A stretch of DNA of 64,000 nucleotides from Trichodelitschia bisporula (lineage: Eukaryota). The position numbers and the translations under genes are program-made. This document shows positions 37,527 through 48,693 of the stretch, piece by piece. The notes below the pieces were generated by a model that saw only the letters and a program-made list of their open reading frames with translations, was not told the origin of the DNA and did no database searches. The stretch covers positions 682,001 through 746,000 of the forward strand of contig ML996703.1 in the NCBI GenBank assembly GCA_010356995.1, written 5' to 3'. The stretch's first letter is position 1. Every line of letters starts with the position of its first letter.

Positions 37527-37820
37527 TTAGTCTCCATTTGACGTTGAGTTTGCGTTTGCGCCAGTACCATTAGCGCCGTTTCTGCCGTCGGAAATGCTAC
37601 GCATGCGGTAGGCGGAGAACGGAGTGTCGCTTGTGGCGTTCAGAAATTCGGTCATCGCATATGAATGGGGTTTCCGAGGTGTTTGAGTTCCCTATGAAGC
37701 TATCAGCATGGTGGTCAGAGGCCATCGGGTATCAGCGCTGAAAACCTCTTGACGAGTGCCGGCATTTGCTTTGCCAACGTTGGCGGCGGCTTGGTCTTGG
37801 TTGTGGTTGCAGTCGGCCAT
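37527..37820 (-). CDS. Candidate 79-aa spliced microprotein (MADCNHNQDQAAANVGKANAGTRQE|GTQTPRKPHSYAMTEFLNATSDTPFSAYRMRSISDGRNGANGTGANANSTSNGD)
   Basis: 54-nt phase-0 intron (37692-37745) with GCTGAT branch and TAG acceptor, but an atypical GTTTTC donor. A GCTAAC...CAG acceptor (37847-37861) just upstream of the ATG suggests a 5'UTR intron. Confidence 0.5.
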
Positions 37821-40800
37821 AGTCGGAGGCTTGAGTGTGTATCGCGCTGCGATGAGTTAGCGAACTACAGCAACACGCACCCGAAGGTACGCTGATGAGC
37901 CGCAAGGGGAGCTACAGACTCGAGGAAGATAGAAGCGCTGTTCTCTGCAGACTTTGGTGCTGTGCTTGCGGTCTGAAGTACTCGGGGGCTGTTAATGCTT
38001 CCGAGACCTCCTCGGCCGGTCGCCAGATTTATATCGACAGATAATGCCAAAGCAGCGTCCCCAGAGCCGCAATGATGCTCGCACTGTATAAGACTGAAGG
38101 GCCGGCCGTAAATGGTCGCGCCGGTGGGCATGCAGGACACGCGTTTGACGTCTGATGGCTTCTCCATGCATATTTTCGGCTCTCGTTACCAATGCCTGAC
38201 ATTGCGCATGCCTAACATGTATGCAACAGAAGCAGCATCGACGGAGGCCCAAAGGCTCGAAACTCATGAAGGACGAATGAGGCGGGGGCTAATGTGCCTA
38301 ATGCCGTGCAATCGAGGGTCGCTACCTTCACCGCTACAACGACGCGAAGGGGGAATGGATACCCCATGGCCACGTCGCCGACGATACCTACACAATCGTT
38401 AGCTGAGAACAAAGGGCATCGGCATTATGAACGAACATGACTGAAGGCTTGGATCGATCTTTGGGTTTGTACATTCCCGGATTGAGTGAAATATTTCCTA
38501 TGACTCTCGGGGCGAAATCAGGCTATGGAGTGAGGAAGGGCGGGTGACACTTATTGATCCAACCAACCCGCGAAGCAGCAAGGAGCGCTGGCTGCTGCTT
38601 GCGCAACGGGGGAAAATCCAGGCTGTGGCGATAAGGCATAGACATCCGAAGAATTGACTGAGAGGGTGGAAGGGGGCTTGCCTTCAAGTTAGGCTTTTCG
38701 AACCTCATATCGCAAGATGTTCTAACACCGTGGGCTCATTTTAAGGAGCTTGAGCCCAAGCCCGAGTGCGGGGGCATGTAAAATGTCCGGATGAGATAGG
38801 GCTGCTGAGACCCAAACGGCGCAACTACACCTGCCTAACTGAATCATTGCACGGGCATACAGGGTCCCTATCTCTCTGAGCACCAGGCTAACGGTCGACG
38901 GTAAGGCTCGAGTCGCTCACCAAAGGAACCCTGGAGAATCGCCACGGTGTGAGCTATTTGCCACTCGTTCCTCGTTGCGCCATTCCAAACATCATCCTGG
39001 TTGACAACCCCGCTTGACTTCGCGTAAACCAAGCAGGACGATGAATTGGAACGCCTTTCTTTTTTTTCACATAAGCGAAGATGCCGGATTCTCGGTACCA
39101 TAATCCGCTAGCTTAACGAGCAGACTCTAGGGAAAGCCCTGAGCCAGACGGCGAGTTTACTCCAATGGGGCTGAAGGGCACACGGAACAATCGTAGCCGC
39201 CCGATCTGGGCGTCTTTACAGGCGGCGGGAGTGGGCGGAGGAGGGGTACGACCTTGTCGGGGGTCCTTGGGCGTTAAGGTTGTCTAGAAGTCTAGTTAGC
39301 AAGCATTCCGGCAAGCAATATCTCAAAGAACGACTAGCTTTGGCTGCAGGTATGGATGTCAAGGATGCTAGAAGCATGCGGCCGAAACGGGAACCTAGGT
39401 TGGGGGTGAAAGCAAGAGCATGAGGTAGCTTAAAACTTGTTCCAGCGCTTCCGCGCAATTGCGTTTGATTTGAAGCCAGTTAAGGTGAGGTGTTTGGGCG
39501 AGATGTAAGGGCCTCGAGGACGACGACGTTGTCATCATGGTGGGACAAGTTCTTTAGGCCTGCTGTGTGACAGTTTGTTTACGGGTATCCCCACCTCCCC
39601 ACCCACGCCCCCGGCGGCTTCGGACCGACCCGATGGGCTGATGGTTCGTTGTGGAGTCGCTAACGCCGCTCTCCGCATTAGCCGCCCAGAGTTCCACTTT
39701 CCTCCCCAGTTTCCCACCCGCACTTAGCGCCCTTTGCGCCCCGAATGGAGCTGGGTAGTCTCCTCTGAGCAACGCACTCACGACACTCTGGGGCTGTTCA
39801 CTCCGCGCTAGGGGACTTATTAAAGAATTCACGAATGATGATAGGGTTGGTAGCAACCAGGATCAAGATCCCGGCCAAGTAATGCACATGAAGCCACGAC
39901 AGTTGACAGCCATATGATCGGCGAGGCTATATCCATCGGGGCGTAAACTTACGGTGAGCACCTCCGTTATTCCACGATATCTCGAGATCGAAAGGGTCCA
40001 ACACAGTGTGCACTAGCCGCTCTGCATATTTTAGCAGTCGGTAGACTTTGTACCCTTAGGCGTCTGCACAGCCAATTGGTTTCCATTTTGATGTTGTGCA
40101 ACAGACATGGCCAGGCTGTGACAAGTTAATCTTCATGGGGCGTAATGAACATTATTGTGTGAAGAGGACAAGAATTTGAGGTTCAAAAATCTGAAGCCGC
40201 TTGAATTTGCAGCCTCCGAACAAGGATATTGTCCGGACCGGAGTGCAGCAATGCAGAGGATGCCCTGCTGCGCTCGAGATAAGGAGACACATACCCAGCA
40301 AAGTTCAGATATGGGCAATATCAAACTGCTGGAGCTTCAGCTGGCATGAGTTTCCTACATACTCCCGTTCATTGGTTTATAAAGAAACTCCCCAACCAAG
40401 GGTTAAATCAAGCACCAGGCCAACCAATCCACCGAAACGCCTCGCAGCTTTGATGTCCCAGCCTGGTCCAGGCATGGTGTGCCACGCGTCGGCAAGAAGG
40501 CCGCTCTTTGAGGCCTGGGAACGACGGCTAGGCTTATGCTGCGAGAAGCTTTGCACAAGCGAAGATCGGGGGATGTCCCGCCGACCGGCGACTATGAAGG
40601 CGCCCGTTCCCTTACGAATAGTGGACCTTCCAATTGCGGGCACTCTCTTGGGCTTTCGTATTCAATCTATGGCCCCCCGAAAGTAATCGGATAGACAGCA
40701 CGTGTCTAGCTCCTTTCATGCCTCAGCCCAGTTAAGGCCGACATGTGTACCGCCCTGTTATCGAAGAGAAAGGACCTTGGTCGAGGCAGCCGCCGTAACC

Positions 40801-41867
40801 CAGAGGTGGTGGTATTCTCCGAGAGCGTAAAGCCGGGACTGATTGCTCTTAGAGGGTGTCACTGGAAGGGGTATTGGCCGTCAACCTGAGCAAGAATGCT
40901 GACATAGGCGGCGATGGATTCGATTCGGCAGCAGCGTTCGTCCCTCACAAGGTTGAACTCTCTTCCCGCGCCCACAGTTGGCGTGGCGTCTTCCTTCGAT
41001 GCCTCAAGTTCATCTCTTCCTGTTTATCCTGCATGTGTCGCATTGGGATGAGGCCGTTCGCAGGGGAATCCGATGTGGTGTCAGCCTGAGGTCCTTCGTC
41101 CAGTCGTTTGACGTCAAAGTACGCTGAATCGAACATCAGACAACCTTGACGGAGGCTTCGCAGTCTTTAAATCGGCGGTGTCTTTTGGACCCACAAAAGT
41201 TCGATGCCACGTTGGTCGCCTGTAACCGCACGTTAAACCGAATCGGGAGGCCTGCGCTTCTGAAATGGGTCAAACCTCCGGACTAGTCCGAATCTGAATC
41301 TCAGCCTTTCCGTAATGATGATACTCTGTACTTTGCTCTTTACTCTGTATCAGAGTGCAGCCGGAGATGTGCCTGTGGCTGTGCCGGAGGTCTTTGTGTT
41401 TGAGTTTTGCATTGTGAGTGACAGAATGGACAGCTAGCCAGGAGTCACGTACGCGAAATCTGATGGGCACCTTCGAGTCACGCACTCCGCTTCATACATC
41501 TCATATAACGAGTTTAATAGCAGCGATCCAGTCAAAAAAAGATCGCCGGCTAATAATTTGTATTCAGCTTAACGCATTTGCGCAGCTTTTGGTGCTGCGA
41601 ATGGTAGTCTGGCCATCTGCGCTAAGCGCGCCGCGAGAGAGCCATCCACGTCATGGGCTTGAGAGCTGATCGGTGATCACTGCGACCCCACAACAGACGA
41701 GGCATGGATCTTGGAAGCGGGGAACATACCTCCGTATGGTTTTCACGATCCCATCTGGAGTTGCAAGCCAAAGTAGCTTGTATATAATCAATCTCCACTT
41801 CCCTAGTCTTCCTCGCATCTGAATTGCGATTGTGCTCTTCTCTCCACCCGCCCAGCGTCCGCGAATC

Positions 41868-43117
41868 ATGGCCTCCAACCAGCAAGTTAACGTTGACCAG
41901 ACGGGCCCGCGCCTCGCTGATGTCAAAACCGAAAGCCTGGCCTCGAGTGGGCAATTCGACCGCACGTCGTCGGGTCTGCGCAACACGCGTTCAGCCCTTG
42001 GATTAAACCCACTCGCACCAATCGACGAAGAGCACGACATTGCACCGCATCAAGATCTGCTCTGGAGCCGGATCCGGCTTGCCCTTCGCGAACCCTTTGC
42101 CGAGTTTTTGGGCACATTTATTTTGGTCCTCTTTGGTAATGGGAGTGTGGCACAGGTGGTGCTTAGTGCCGGACAGAAAAGCGCGCCAGGTAATGTCCAC
42201 CGGCCGTAGAGGAACGATTTCTAACTGTGTGCCCTAGGCATGAATGGCTTCGGCGACTACCAGAGCATAAACTGGGGCTGGGGACTGGGAGTGATGCTCG
42301 GCGTGTACGTCGCGGGAGACTCGGGCGCATACCTCAACCCGGCCATCACCTTCACCAACTGCCTTTTCCGTGGGCTACCGTGGCGGAGGTTCCCGATCTA
42401 CCTCATCGCACAGTTCCTCGGCGGCTTCGTCGCGGCTGGCGTCGTTTATGCGAACTACATCAATGCGATTAATACGTTCGAGGGAGGTCCAGGGATCCGG
42501 ACGGTGCCTCCAGCGGCAAATGCTACAGCGCAGATCTTCTGCACATATCCACAGGCATTTTTGACCAAGGCTTCGCAATTTTTCTCCGAATTTATCGCCA
42601 GTGCCATTCTGATGCTGGTCATCTTTGCACTCAAGGATGACACTAACAACGGGGTCAGCAGGGTACGTATCTCTCTAGGTTGCGTAGCGAGTGGCAACTG
42701 ATATGTCGCAGGGCGGAGGCAACTGGTTCCCGCTGGGTCTTTTCTTCCTCATCTTTGGGCTGGGTGCTTGCTTTGGTTGGGAAACCGGGTATGCGATCAA
42801 CCTTGCTCGTGACTTTGGCCCTCGCCTCATGTCGTATATCCTCGGATACGGACCCAAAGTGTGGACAGCCGGCGATTATTATTTCTGGGTGAGTGGACCG
42901 CCGTCGACTGGGTGAAGGCTAACTCCAGTAGATTCCGATGTTCGCGCCGTTCTGCGGCTGCATGTTCGGCGCATTTTTGTACGATTTCTTCATCTACACC
43001 GGTCAGTCGCCAGTGAACACGCCATGGTTGGGGCTTAAGGCTCTTGTCCGGCCCGATCTCGCGTGGAAGGTGCACAGGAAGCATCAGGCGCAGCTGAAAG
43101 CGCAAGAAGCCGTGTAA
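41868..43117 (+). CDS. Aquaglyceroporin (MIP family, NPA/NLA motifs, Fps1-like)
   Basis: REPFAEFLGT, SGAYLNPAIT, IFCTYP and ETGYAINLARDFGPRL. Three introns; TATA-like TATATAAT at ~41781. Confidence 0.95.
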
Positions 43118-44532
43118 TGTGGTGGTCGATTGGATGCTTCCCTAGCTATCTCGTTTCGCAAAATAACCGTACTTGAGCACTATTGTACTTTGACTGTAAC
43201 CCAATGGTGGAGGAGGTGTTGGGTCTGTCTCTTGGGGGAGCGGTTTTCATGATTGACGAGATTTATTGCGACCTCTCGTACTTTCAGAGAGTTTTACATA
43301 TGTCAACGTAGGCGAAGGTTCGGGTGTAAAATTAGCCGGGTTCTTTTGCTCACACTCGCCCTGTGAATTCATCCCGGCGCGTTCGACGTGTGGGATTTGA
43401 CGCGTGACGTAACGTTGCACCCGACACGGCGAGAAGGAGAGCGGAGAAGCCGAAGCCCGCAGCCAGTAATCAAAGCGACGCCTATCTTTGAGTGGAGCTT
43501 GCCGAACTCCGTCAGGGGAGAGTCGATGCCGAGCCCGACCTTAACACGAAGCGGCCAAGGACCACCTGAAGGAAGTCGTGGCCGCTCTAGTTCGCAAAGT
43601 CACCTAGACAAGGCGGCCACGATATTTTCGGGTCGCCCTTAGGATCACGGGCCTTGGCGCGGCTTGGGGCGGGTCGATGGCGCTTGGGGCTGCAGCGGCA
43701 GGCGCTACAGCAGCATCCCGTGAAACGCCGGGAAATTTTGATCGGAGCCAGGCGGTTGGACGTCATGGCCTCACATGCAAATTGTAACACTGAATATTGC
43801 ACTGCGTCTGTTTTCGCCTTGCCACCGTTCAGGGCGCGAATTCTGTTGGTGATGGCCACAAAGCTTGTCTGATATCGGGCGCAGGGTTCGAGTGGCGCAA
43901 AAAAGGGGAGGAGGATGTCGGAAGGGGGGATCCGGGTCGTGGATGCAAAGTGGTGATGGAAACCGGAAGCCATGGCCATGATAGGGATTTCTTTGGGGAC
44001 AGTCATATTTTCCTGGTCTCTTCATCATGCAGTCATGAACGAGAACAACCGAAGTTTGGGTATTGGATATCCCAACAGCAAGGATTGAAACTTCTGACCT
44101 GCATCGATCGACGACCTCCTTCTGCCCGGTCAGGAACTTACCCACATGTACAGTAGCTTCGAATAGAATCAACGCCAATGGCATCCACAATCAGCTCTTC
44201 CCTGATGCTCTGCTGCGTGGTCCAATCACCTTGGAATAGGTCAACCCTCCGCAATTCAACCTTCAGCACTCCCGGGACAACTGATGGCGATCCTTTGCCA
44301 TTCTTACAACCTTGTGGAGTGAACACCCCCACGACCCCCTCGCTACATCACCTCAACCCTTTCCTCACTGTCAAAATTTTCTAGGGTGCACTCCTAGGAC
44401 CGCGCGTCAATCCCACGAGAACAACGACGATAGCAGTTCTGGTATCGAATTGGGCACCACTACCTGGAAGAGTGGGCTACGAACCCGCTCCTTGGAACCT
44501 CCATTGCGGGAATAGATCCCTCCAATGCTACA

Positions 44533-47528
44533 ATGGCCAGTTCCTCCGACCCTCAGCCAACAGGATCGCAGCACAGCAAACATGGCATTGCCAGGTCGGA
44601 GGCCAGATCTTCCGATGAGGAAGTAACGGTGGTGGGCGAGCCGCCCATAATCATCACACAGCCTGGTCGGCACCGGACTAACAGCCATCTGACCGTCCAA
44701 ACCGATATGGACTACGATGATGAGGTCCGGGATCTCGGCTATAGCTACACGAGAGAGCATTCGAACCGCCTCGGGGACGACCTTGCCATGCTCGAGATTG
44801 AGCGCAAGATCTCACAAGAAGAGAGCAAATCGAGCATGTCACGCGCACGGTCCACGGCGCGGTCAAGAGGCCGCAAGGAGGAGCCAGTCGACGATTTTGA
44901 TATCGCGACTGAGCGGATTCATGAGCAGACGGCTAAGTTCAAGCCACCAGACAACCCGACCACCAAGACCGGCAAGGTCTTCAAGCGGATCCACAACTCC
45001 AGTTTTCTGGTCCGATGGGTTGCGTATATCACTCCGGTAACGCTGATCCTATTGATCCCACTTCTCCTGGGCGCGCTCCTGTTCAAAGAGGTGTCCGTGG
45101 GCGGAGTGAGGCTCGTCTGGTTTTGTATATGGCTAGAAATTGTGTGGTTATCTTTGTGGGCCGGCCGAGTAAGTTACCCGCGGGTGGCTCTGACGCAGCT
45201 GATGTAGTGCAGCTTCTTGCGAAATGTTTGCCATTCCCAATCGGCCTTGTGTCTGGCCTTTTTGCGAACAACAGCAAAAAGTGGAGAGACATGGGCAAGC
45301 AGCTTGAACTGCCGGCAACGCTCTTTTTTTGGTGGCTCGCAATCGAAATCTCCTTCATCCCGACCATGACTAATCACCATATTAACGGGGACAATTCTCA
45401 GCGTGACTGGGAAAAGACTATGAACAAGGTTCTTATCTCGCTCTTTGTCGGTGTCATCCTCAACTTCGTGAAGAGGATCATCATACAGCTCATCGCTGTT
45501 GGCTTCCACGTCCGCACGTACCAAGACAGGATCGAGCTGAACAAGTTTCAAATCGGCAGCTTAGTCAAGTTGTACAAGTTTTCAAAGGAGAAAATTGCCA
45601 TGGAGGACGATGAGTTTGATACTCCAGAAACGGCTGGCTCTGGTGCACGTACGCCAGGAAGGCTTGTTAGGGACGCGCAGGAGAATACCATAAAAGGGAT
45701 GAAGAAGTTTGGCGACATTGCGGGAAAGATTGCTGGAGACTTTACTGGTCGTCAAGTCGTTTCCAGCAGACACCCGCACCAGGTCGTCCTGACGCTCCTG
45801 AGCTCCACCCAAGGCAGTCAGATCCTCGCCCGCAGACTCTACCGGACGTTCGTGGAAGGGGGCGCGGAAACCGTCTCTCCCGACCAGCTCAAAAATGCGT
45901 TTGACAGCGAAGATGAGGCTGATGCGGCGTTCAGCATGTTCGACAAAGATATGAATGGCGACATTTCCATGGAGGAGCTGGAGGCTGTCTGCGTCGAGAT
46001 TGGACGGGAGCGGAAATCCATCACGGCTTCACTCAAGGATCTGGACTCTGTCATCAGTAAGCTTGACAGCGTCTTCTCGTTCATCTGTGTGGTCATTACC
46101 ATCCTGGTGCTCGTCTGCGTCCTCTCCGCCTCAGCAGCTGGTGTCCTCACGTCTGCCGGTTCGGCCATTCTAGCCCTCTCCTGGCTCTTCTCGGCAACTG
46201 CCCAAGAGTTTCTACAGTCCGTCGTTTTTGTTTTTATCAAGCATCCATTCGACGTCGGCGACCGCGTAACCATCTACGGCAACACAGGGGCTCTTGGCAA
46301 GGGCGACGACTACTTCGTGAAAGAGGTGTCGCTGCTGTACACGGAGTTTAAGAAAATGGAAGGCCACGTCGTCCAGGCGCCAAACTCGTACCTAAATACA
46401 CTCTTTATCCTCAATCAGCGCCGCTCAGGCGGCCTCGCTGAAGCTGTACCGATGGTCTTCAAGTTCGGCACCACGCTGGAGCAGATCGAGCAACTACGCG
46501 CACGTCTCCTCAACTTCGTCCAGAACGAGAAGCGCGAGTACCAGGGGAAGATTCTGACCGAACTCAAGAACGTCGAAGAAGCGCACTCGATCACCCTCAA
46601 CATCGTATTCTTCTACAAGTCCAACTGGCAAAACGAGTTGCTCCGTCTGCAGCGTCGAAACAAGTTCATCTGCGCTTTGATGGTCACCATCCAGGAGCTT
46701 GGCATCGAGGGCCCGCGCATGCGCTTTCCTGGCCAAAAGGACTCCTTCCCGCTGTACATGCAGAACGTGCCGTACATGCCGCCGCCCGTGGGCACCAACG
46801 CCCACGGTCATTTCGGCACGCCCGACAATCCCAACGGGATCAGCCTGCCTGTGCCCCCGCCGGACCCGATTGTCAGCCCGCGCTCCAACCCAATCCACCC
46901 TATTGAGGAGGAGGATGCCGTGCCAGAAGAACCCCTCGCACCGCGCTCCTCACTTCGTCGCCGCAATCCCCGGCCCCGCGGCGAGTCCCTCACCGAAATG
47001 TCGCGCCGCATGGATTTCTCTCTCGGTATGCGCGATCTGGTGTCCGGCGACTACCCGGGCGATGTGCATGACGACCCCGCAGCGCGCGAGAAGCTGCCAC
47101 TGAAGTTTGCGGCGGAGCGGGAGCAACGGGAGCGGGAAATGCGGGAACGGGGATCAGTAGATCGGGTACGGTCGAGTATAGAATCGTTGGGGCGGTCGAC
47201 GAGCGTGTCGAATCGGCTAGGTTTGCACCATGTGGGCACCGACTCGAGTTTGGGGCGCAGTAGGAGCAGTCGTCGGAATCGGTTCTTTGGGAGTTCAAGG
47301 ACGAGGGATGAGGGGGATTTGGCGGAGCGCGGAATGGGGGACATTGCGGAGGATGTGAGGGAGAGACTGGAGCGGCAGGGATCCAAGATATGGAGGAATA
47401 GAGGATCAATGGATGGAAAGCAAATGCGGGGGGCGTTGCTGGGGAGGAGTGAGAGTCAGGAGAGAATGAGCGACGTCAGGACGAGCGAGGGGAAGCCAAG
47501 TGGCGAGTATGAGATGAAGCGTTTGTAA
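44533..47528 (+). CDS. MscS-family mechanosensitive channel with EF-hand (Msy1/Msy2-like)
   Basis: EF-hand FDKDMNGDISMEEL; MscS motifs FIKHPFDVGDRV and APNSYLNTLFILNQRRS; NWQNELLRLQRRNKF. One intron from ~45169. Confidence 0.93.
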
Positions 47529-47839
47529 TGCGACGACTAAGGGAACAGGTTCTGTACATTGAAGGCGTAACAGTTATGATGGCTTGGATCTTGGATACCT
47601 AGTTCTAGACTTTAGACTTGATTTAGATATGGCACCCAACATTGGGGTATCAAGAGATTTATGAACTGGATGGCAGATGCTGCGACTGACAAAGTTCGGT
47701 TCAATGTGGTGGTCTGATCCCGGTATGTACGGACATACGAGTGCCTGTTCCTCCCATTCACCCCCAAATATCCTACAACGCTCGCTGAGTGATTCCTGTA
47801 TCTGGCATAAATGTTCGTGGCAAAAAGAAGCGTTCGCTT

Positions 47840-48165
47840 TTAGGTGGACTTCTGGACGGGCTTTTGCGGAACAACATCGTCGAAGTCATCGGATCCGACA
47901 GCGTGAATTGTGAAGGCATCTTGAGGCATATTAGATATGATCAAAACCGCCAAATCTCAGAGCCAACACATACAGATGCTTACGGCAAAGCTAAAGATGA
48001 CAGCTCCCGTTATCAGGTTCTTGACGAGGTACGGCTTGCGGGCGCGGATGAGGGCTTGTGATTGCCGGTAGTGGGCATCATAGTAAGAGGAGCGGGGGAT
48101 CCTGTAGAGGGAGTAGGGTCAGCTCCAATTCTTCTAGGGAGAGAAGGTCAATCCATTTCATACAT
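47840..48165 (-). CDS. COA3: Cytochrome c oxidase assembly factor 3 (Coa3/Cox25), 69 aa, absent from the ORF track
   Basis: Exons 48165-48164, 48101-47974 and 47919-47840 give MIPRSSYYDAHYRQSQALIRARKPYLVKNLITGAVIFSFAVSIYAFTIHAVGSDDFDDVVPQKPVQKST, matching the fungal Coa3 pattern ALxRARxPYLxKN-TM-YxxTIxAVxxDDFxDV. Confidence 0.9.
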
Positions 48166-48693
48166 TTTGAGTATTCTTCGTCTGGCGACGATAGTTCAGT
48201 TGATCAAGGACAAGGACGAAAGGTAGATAGCGGGCTTGTGGCGTTACTGTACGGTAGTGCAGTCAGTGATAGCGGAGAAAAGTTGCGGCTCTGCGGGCGG
48301 GCGCGCCAAGCATGACAAGCAGGTTGGAGGCGCGCCGCAAAGACAAGTCTGGAGCGAGCAGACGCATCCACCAACAACACCCTTTCATTTCCAACTCCCG
48401 ACATCCTCGACAACGACAACTACAACAAAGAACATCGTCATTTGATGCCAGCACCCGCCGTAGTATTCATCCTCATAACATGCGTGTACGCAGCAACTTG
48501 CGCTTAAGCTCGTCGCGCAAGCGTTGATTCCACCCTGTCCAGTTAGAAGCATTGTGACACTGTCGTCATCAACCTCTTCTCTTTCACTGCAACGTCGCCG
48601 CTACCATCCTCAGTCCTTTCTCTCCACCACCATACATTCCGTATCCGTCACCATCCCCGCCATCTGCCACACAATCAACCCTCTCGCGCTGCG

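Noticed and set aside
39835..39910. ATGATGA C-box-like motif (also at ~41314)
   Set aside because: No properly placed CTGA D box, terminal stem or recognisable rRNA guide.
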